DNA from: the human T2T-CHM13v2.0 reference genome, Homo sapiens
Assembly: GCF_009914755.1 (NCBI RefSeq)
Contig: NC_060935.1
DNA length: 64,000 nucleotides
Strand: one strand, 5' to 3'
Made by a program: the position numbers and the translations under genes. A model generated the notes under the pieces. The model saw only the letters and a program-made list of their open reading frames with translations. It was not told where the DNA came from and ran no database searches. Below, one piece after another: positions 53,911-64,000 of the stretch (positions within the stretch are counted from its first letter, which is position 1; each line of letters begins with the position of its first letter).

Positions 53911-55789
53911 ATGTATAAATATGTCCATCGTGGTATATCTGAATATAAAAATTATTAATGAGACATAAATTTGTTGATTTCTATAATTTTTCAGGGGGCA
54001 AAATTATTGAAAATTGAATAAATGAATTGAAAAGTTCTACATATTTGAAATTGTAGATATTGCCACAGTTAGACAATTTATAATAACAGTTTTAATTTTG
54101 TTTTGTGACTGATTTTCATAATTCCTTAGGACACAGATTTTGTTCATGAAAAGGAATCTTTCTGAAAAATGGAGGCATTTATGCCTTTCACTGGTTTATG
54201 AAATGAATTCATACTTTAATGTCATAAATGTCAGTCAATTTGCATCTTTTGTAATTTGACCCAAAAATGAAGCTTTATGTAAGTTCAAAACCTAAGAACA
54301 CTTAAGATTGATCGGTAATTTAAACTGAGCTTCTTGTGGGGAATGAAAGTACCATTTACAAATACGGAACTAAAAACTCATTCTCTCGTTATTGGGTTGC
54401 TGATGTCTTTGTCCCATAATCAACTTTTAGTGGTACAGTAGATGGCTTACAGGCAAAATGAGTTAACAAGGCGTTACGAGATTTTTTGCATTATGTTTTA
54501 TTTTCAAATCATTTACTAACAAGTCAACCAAGGGTTTAGGATCAACCATACAAATAATCAAAGGAAAGTTGTTGAGTAGCTTATTTTAACCAACAATTGC
54601 TGGTTAAAATAATCAAAATAGGGCAGCTATAATATTGATTTTAAAGTTTTTAAGTTGTCAAAATATGTCTTTGGGCTTTCAAATTCTTGGTAATTTGTAT
54701 TTAGTTGAAGATAGCAATAAGAGTATTTGGGGGAATAAACACTATTTGGTTTATTCTATAAATCTTATCATCCACTGGTTTAAAAACCTTCAGTCACTTC
54801 TCATACTTTTCAGGATGAAATTCAAAATCCTTTGTAATCGGTTGAAAGCCATTAATGATATGGTCCCTGTCTTTCTTCTCTTTGCATAGTTGCCTCTTAT
54901 GCAGTATTCCTGCCCCATGAACAATGAGACCTCCTCATATTTCCACTTAATACTGACCTCAGGGAGACAAGGAAGCTCCATCAGAATTTCCCCTACTTGC
55001 ATTTCTGCCTGTATACTTCCTAGCAAGGAAAGTTGGGGTAATTTTTGGCTGACCTAATTGGTTTCCCATCTGTCTACGATCACCATTCTGCCTTGCTTGT
55101 CATCCAGTATCTGAAATCCCTTGTTCATAGATTTTGTCTGGGTTTTTAGTTGATTCAGGCCAGTGGATAACTCTGCCCTCTGTTTCTCCATTTTGCCTGA
55201 AGTGAAAGATCCACCTCCCTTTAATTTTATTCCATTGTATTAGCCTTGTAAGTAAAAATATAACATCCATGCACATTTTAAACCACTTATTCTAAACTAT
55301 AATTTTTTTAGAGAATGTACATTTATCTTTATTTTGGCATTTTATGGGTAGATAACTAATATTAGAGAAAGTCCCTATTTACTTTGCTTCTTTTATATTC
55401 CACAAAATGAAAGTTATTTTTAATGGTGTTTTACAATTTATTTTAGTTAATCTTTACAATAAACTTTTGTGATAGGTATTTTTATTTATCCCATTTTATT
55501 ATTAGAAAAAAAAAGCATCACTAAGGTTAAGTAACTTATCTTCCAACATGCCACTCTCCCACAAAACTCAATACCTCTAAGTTAATCTTGAACACAAATA
55601 ATATTTTGATAATCTTTTTTTCAGACTGCTCTGTCTTCACCCTTTCTTTGTTATTTCTCTCTTTTACTTTCTTCATTTAAACTGTATTAAACTCACCATT
55701 CTGTGAAGCTATCTCCTACCAGAAAAGGGACCATCCTTTCCTAGAAATCTTATAATGCTTTATTATTTGACTAGATAAGTGAGACAATA

Positions 55790-56060
55790 TGAGGTACTAG
55801 TCAAGAATTAAGCATGGACTCAGGATTTAGACTGACTCCCTCACAAGCTCACATGAGGAAACCTTAGGTAATTTTTTTTAATGTTTTCAAACTTGAGCTT
55901 TTGCATCTAAAAATGAGGATAACAGTGGTACCTATCTTCATAAGCATCTTCCGAGATTTGACAGAGATACTTATAAAGTACTTAGCTAAGAATTTTACAT
56001 GTTACACATAGTACACATTCAACAAATTAGGATAATTAATATAAGATAATGAAGATGATT
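55790..56060 (+). mobile_element. MIR SINE
   Basis: gcatctaaaaatgaggataacagtggtacctatcttcata...aaagtacttagc. Confidence 0.7.
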
Positions 56061-56415
56061 ATTGCTACTTTTATTTCATTATGTACTTAGCTAAAAATTG
56101 AAATACCCTTATGTTTACTCCAGTGACTCAACCCGATACTATATTATAATATGTAAATATATTAATTGCTAAATTAGGTTTTAGTTTCTGTGATGGGAAG
56201 GTTTATGCTTCTTAAATATTGTATTTTCTTGTTGCCTTGTGTTTTAAAGGAAGGGTCAGTAAGTATTCATGAATGGATAAGTCGTGTCTTTACATCACTA
56301 AAGAGTTAATGCTTCTCAGTATGTATATCGTGTTATATAATTTAGTTCTGTCACCCTATTACACAGATAATGCTATTGTGTGATCTTGTACTAATTTGCT
56401 ACTACACTAAGGAGA

Positions 56416-57226
56416 TTTTTTTTTTTACTTTTAAGTTCAGAAATACACATGCAGGTTTGTTATATAGGTAAATTGCATGTCATGGAGGTTTGGCGTATAG
56501 ATTATTTCATCCCCCAGGTAATAAGCACAATACCTGATAGGTAGTTTTTCTATCCACACCTTCCTCCTACCCTCCACCCTCAAGTAGGCTGCAGTGTCTG
56601 TTTTTCCCCTATGTCCATGTGTATTCAGTGTTTAGCTCCCACTTGAAAGTAAGAACATGTTGTATTTGGTTTTCTATCCCTGAGTTAGTTTGCTTAGGAT
56701 AATGACCTCCAGCTCCATCCATGTTGCTGCAAAAGACACGATCTTATTCTTTTTTATGGCTGCATAGTATTCCATGGTCTATATGTACCGCATTGTCTTT
56801 ATTCAGTGTACTATTGATGGGCATTTAGGTTGATTCTATGTCTTTGCTATTGTGAATAGTGCTGTGATGAACATAGTGTACATGTATCTTTATGGTAGAA
56901 TGATGTATTTTCCTTTGGGTATATACCCAATAATGAGATTGCTGTGTTGAATGATAATTCTGTTTTAAGTTCTTTAAGAAATCACCAAACTCCTTTCCAC
57001 AATGGCTAAACTAATTTACATTACCACCAGCAGTGTATAAGCATTTCCTTTTCTCTCCAACCTTACTAGCATCTGCTATTTTTGGACTTTTAAAAAATGC
57101 CCTGGTTTGAGATGGTACCACATTATGGTTTTGATTTGCATTTCTCTAATATTTAGTGATGGTGAGCATTTTTTCATATGCCTTTGGCCACATGTATCTC
57201 TTCTTTTGAAAAATGTCTGTTCATGT
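56416..57226 (-). mobile_element. Older L1PA (about PA13-16) 3' end, 5'-truncated
   Basis: T tract then acttttaagttcag..atgcaggtttgttatataggtaaattgcatgtcatgg; 3'UTR and ORF2 C-terminus. Confidence 0.88.
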
Positions 57227-58329
57227 AGATGTTTTAGAAGTTACTCTCCTTTTTTTTAAAAAAAAAATGATGTTTTTCCTACATCATTTGCTTCTTTCTC
57301 AGAAAAGTAGCACAGAGTAGCCTATGTAACAGTCCAGAGGCAGTGTGCATGGCTGATTCAGCAAAATTAATTATTGATTCAAAAGCCAAATCAACCTTCT
57401 CTTAGTTGGTTCTCTTTGTCCAGAAAATCATCTTCAATTCTGTTTTTTACCTGCCAGAAAAAGCATCTTCTCTCTTGTTATCAGTGACCTTTGACTTGTC
57501 AGTAACATTCAAAACTTTGCTATTTCTGCATCACTAATAAAATATATCAGGTCAACCACCTTGTCAATTTGAGCCCTTTTTTTCCCCTATTTTCCTTGCA
57601 TTATTTGTGGCTGGGGGTGTAAGAGAAGAATTTCAGGGATTTCTGCAGATATTTTGGTGAAAGGATAATTCTTAAATCAACACTATCAGATCTGGATTTT
57701 TCTTCATCCTTTTAAACAAAGCTTTCCTTCAATCACCTTTGAAATATATCTTGTTTTTCTAAGGTTCTGTGACTTTCTAACCTCCCATTTGTTTCTCAGT
57801 AGAGCAGATCTCTGGTATTTCTATTAACTAGAGGAATATTTGAAGCAAATTTGAAGAGATGGCAAAATTACTCCCTTTTCATATTATTCTTCCACCCTAC
57901 CAAATCTTATATTCTCAAGCAAAGGAATGAATGAGAATTATCCTTTTTTGGTCCTGCCTCCTTTTGCTAAACAAGAAACATGCTATTTTGACTAGAGTTT
58001 TGCTTCAAAGTTTACAAATAACCCTCTCAGCAGTAAATTTTGTAAGTAAGAAAGCTGCTAACTTTAGGTTGAACATTCCTTTTTACTAACTCCAAATTCC
58101 TAAACATTTCTATCCAGAAATTGTTACAGGCTAATTTTATATTTGGCTAGGTCATCAATTTTCTCATATAAATTAGTCGTTACTGCAGGGCTCTGAGATT
58201 TTCATGCCATCCGGAATGAATAAGACTTTTTTCATAATAACTCACAAAGCCCCATTTGTCACATATACTAGGTAGTATCAAGTGCTCCAGGAATCAACAT
58301 TAGCATTATGTTGCTAGCCAATCTATTCA

Positions 58330-59990
58330 ACACAGTAGTCTCTTGGTTCCTTGGCTTCCATAACTCTCTGAATTTTTCTTCCATTCTACCTTAGCCATCT
58401 ACTCACATGATTATAATCTAGATCTCTAACATTTCACACTCTGGTCATCATTTCCTGTACCACTTGATCCCTTAAAAAAATAAGTGCACTATTCTTCAGC
58501 CCATGGGGACCTCCCACCTCTAGTCACTGCCCAATGACTATAATTGTTTTTCACTCCATCATGGTGAGACACTTTGTAAGTACCCTTAACTTCCTTCCTT
58601 TTTCTTCCTCTGCTATATTACTGGGCAAAACTGTCACATTTTGCTAAACCCACCTAACTCCATAATGTATATGTTCAACTGAACATTATTAGAGAAAACC
58701 CTGTAATTGTACTGGCTGGCCTAACTTCAAATTTGCTTCTACAAATTCATTTGCTCAACTGATATTTATTTGGCACCAACGATGTGCAAGGCATGCTCTC
58801 AATGTGAAGGTATATTAGTGAACAACAACAAAAATGTCTTTGCCCTCATAGGGGATATACTCAAGTGGGAGGCAGACAATGAATGAAATATAAAATGTAT
58901 GTGAAGTTATCAACAAGTGCTAAGGAAAATATAAAGAAGGGAAAGGGAATAGGAAATGTTGGTGGGAGGAGTGGGGAGGAATTGCAATTTTAGCTAATAG
59001 GGAAGGCATCACAGATTTCAAAGAACATTTAGTACTGCCAGTAAATTGCCATTCCCGTTCTCTTAAACTTGACTTTCTTTAAATCTGTAACTCCCTTACC
59101 TTATTTTTATTTCTCAGCTACCTACCTAGTTCACAGATAAAAGAGATACAATGAAACATTAACTGTCTCACATTTTTGCCATTAGCTCCACCATCCTACC
59201 TGTATCTGTATGAGTTTATTATGTCTTCCCTTTAGTTGTAATGAAGTATCTCTTTTTTAAAGAAAATTTCTTCACTTAAGCACTGAATCCTATAGTCTTT
59301 TTCCTTTCTAGTGAACTTTGCTTCTAGAATTTTTCCCTGCCTGGGTTATCAGTCTCTCCCCGTCTATGGGAGCATCCTCATCAATAAACTAACATTTTTA
59401 ATATCACAACTTCAAAAATGCTCTCAGGATCCCATATTCCTTTGCAGCTTGGCTTTACATTTTCTTCCACTTTATAAAAAAAACTCCTTAATAAAGTTGT
59501 CCACGTCCACTCCCTCCAGTTCTTCACTTTCTTTCCACTCCTGCAATCACTCCAATTGAGTTTTCATCCTCACTACTTTACTGAAATAACTACATTTTCC
59601 TTCTAGCTACAATGTTTTCTCTGGTCTTCTGTAACTTCAGAGTCACTGGTTTCCCTCATTCACTCTGCCTCTTGGTCTCCTCCTCCTCTAACAGACTTCT
59701 AATTTTGGAGTGCCTCCAGCCTTGGTCCTTGGCCTTTTTCACTGTCTACACTTTTGCAAAATATGATCCCATGGCTTCTGAGGTCATCTCTTGACTGATA
59801 CCTTTGTAATTTATATCCCCAGCCCTAACCTTTCCCCTAAGCTCCACTGAAGTTTAGTCTAATTAGCTACTTGAAATTGCTACTCAGTAGGCTGAAAACC
59901 GAAAGATATTTTCCTTTTCACCTCCATCCTCCATTTCCTATCTCAGTAATTGGCACCCAGTTGCTTAGGCCAAGAAAGCAACAAGTCATT
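58330..59990. mobile_element. L2 fragments (+ strand, with a - strand 3' piece at ~58745-59010)
   Basis: cattt.ctcaactgatatttatttggcaccaacgatgtgcaaggc; ctcagtaattggcacccagttgcttaggccaa. Confidence 0.65.
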
Positions 59991-59992
59991 CT

Positions 59993-63715
<3,723 letters not shown>

Positions 63716-63729
63716 TTCTTTTTCTTTCC

Positions 63730-64000
63730 GATTGAAGTACTCCCTTGGGCATTTCTTGTCGGATGGGTCTGGTGTTCATGGAATCCTTTGGCTTTTGTTT
63801 ATCTGAGAAAGTCTTTTCATGTATGAAGGATATTTTTACTGGATATACTATTCTAGGATAAAATATTTTTTTCTTTCAGCACTTGAAATCTTCATGCCAC
63901 TCTTGCCTGGCTTGTAAGATTTTGACTGAAAAGTCTGCTGCTAGTTCTATTGGAGCTCCATTGTATGTTTTTTGCTTCTTTTCCTTTGTGGCTTTTAGCA
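63730..64000 (-). mobile_element. L1M ORF1 3' region fragment, runs off the window
   Basis: gggcatttcttgt..ggtctggtg...tatgaaggatatttttactggatatactattctagg...ctggcttgtaag..tgaaaagtctgctg resembles 43460-43690. Confidence 0.7.

Noticed and set aside
54195-54245. Cluster of GTCATAAA, TGTCA and ATTTGCAT motifs as a possible enhancer
   Set aside because: Such motifs are frequent in AT-rich DNA; no conservation or chromatin data available

Overview
Primate (human or great-ape-like) nuclear DNA, almost entirely intronic. The only recognisable host coding sequence is one 137-nt + strand exon (17752-17888) of METTL15, the mitochondrial 12S rRNA m4C methyltransferase (RsmH/MraW family); it encodes the SAM-binding motif I. 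The rest is repeat-rich: three L1PA elements antisense to the gene (copy A 5'-truncated, 11773-15422; copy B full-length, 23260-29391; copy C with an internal deletion, 40494-45446), older L1PB/L1MA/L1M fragments, seven Alus, MaLR and ERV1 solo LTRs, DNA transposons, and many L2/MIR relics. No tRNA, rRNA, CRISPR or prokaryotic operon is present. Best leads: (1) the three independently inserted L1s share non-consensus substitutions in an interleaved pairwise patchwork, including D600H at an RT catalytic aspartate in all three, suggesting local L1-to-L1 gene conversion (or an assembly artefact); (2) copy C has an open, extended antisense ORF0 whose second splice donor is in the same phase as the METTL15 intron, predicting a possible in-frame ORF0-METTL15 fusion; (3) copy C has lost its endonuclease domain through a microhomology deletion while keeping an open ORF1 with several essential motifs mutated. 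Subfamily names and consensus comparisons are from memory and need RepeatMasker/Dfam confirmation; boundaries of old repeats are approximate.
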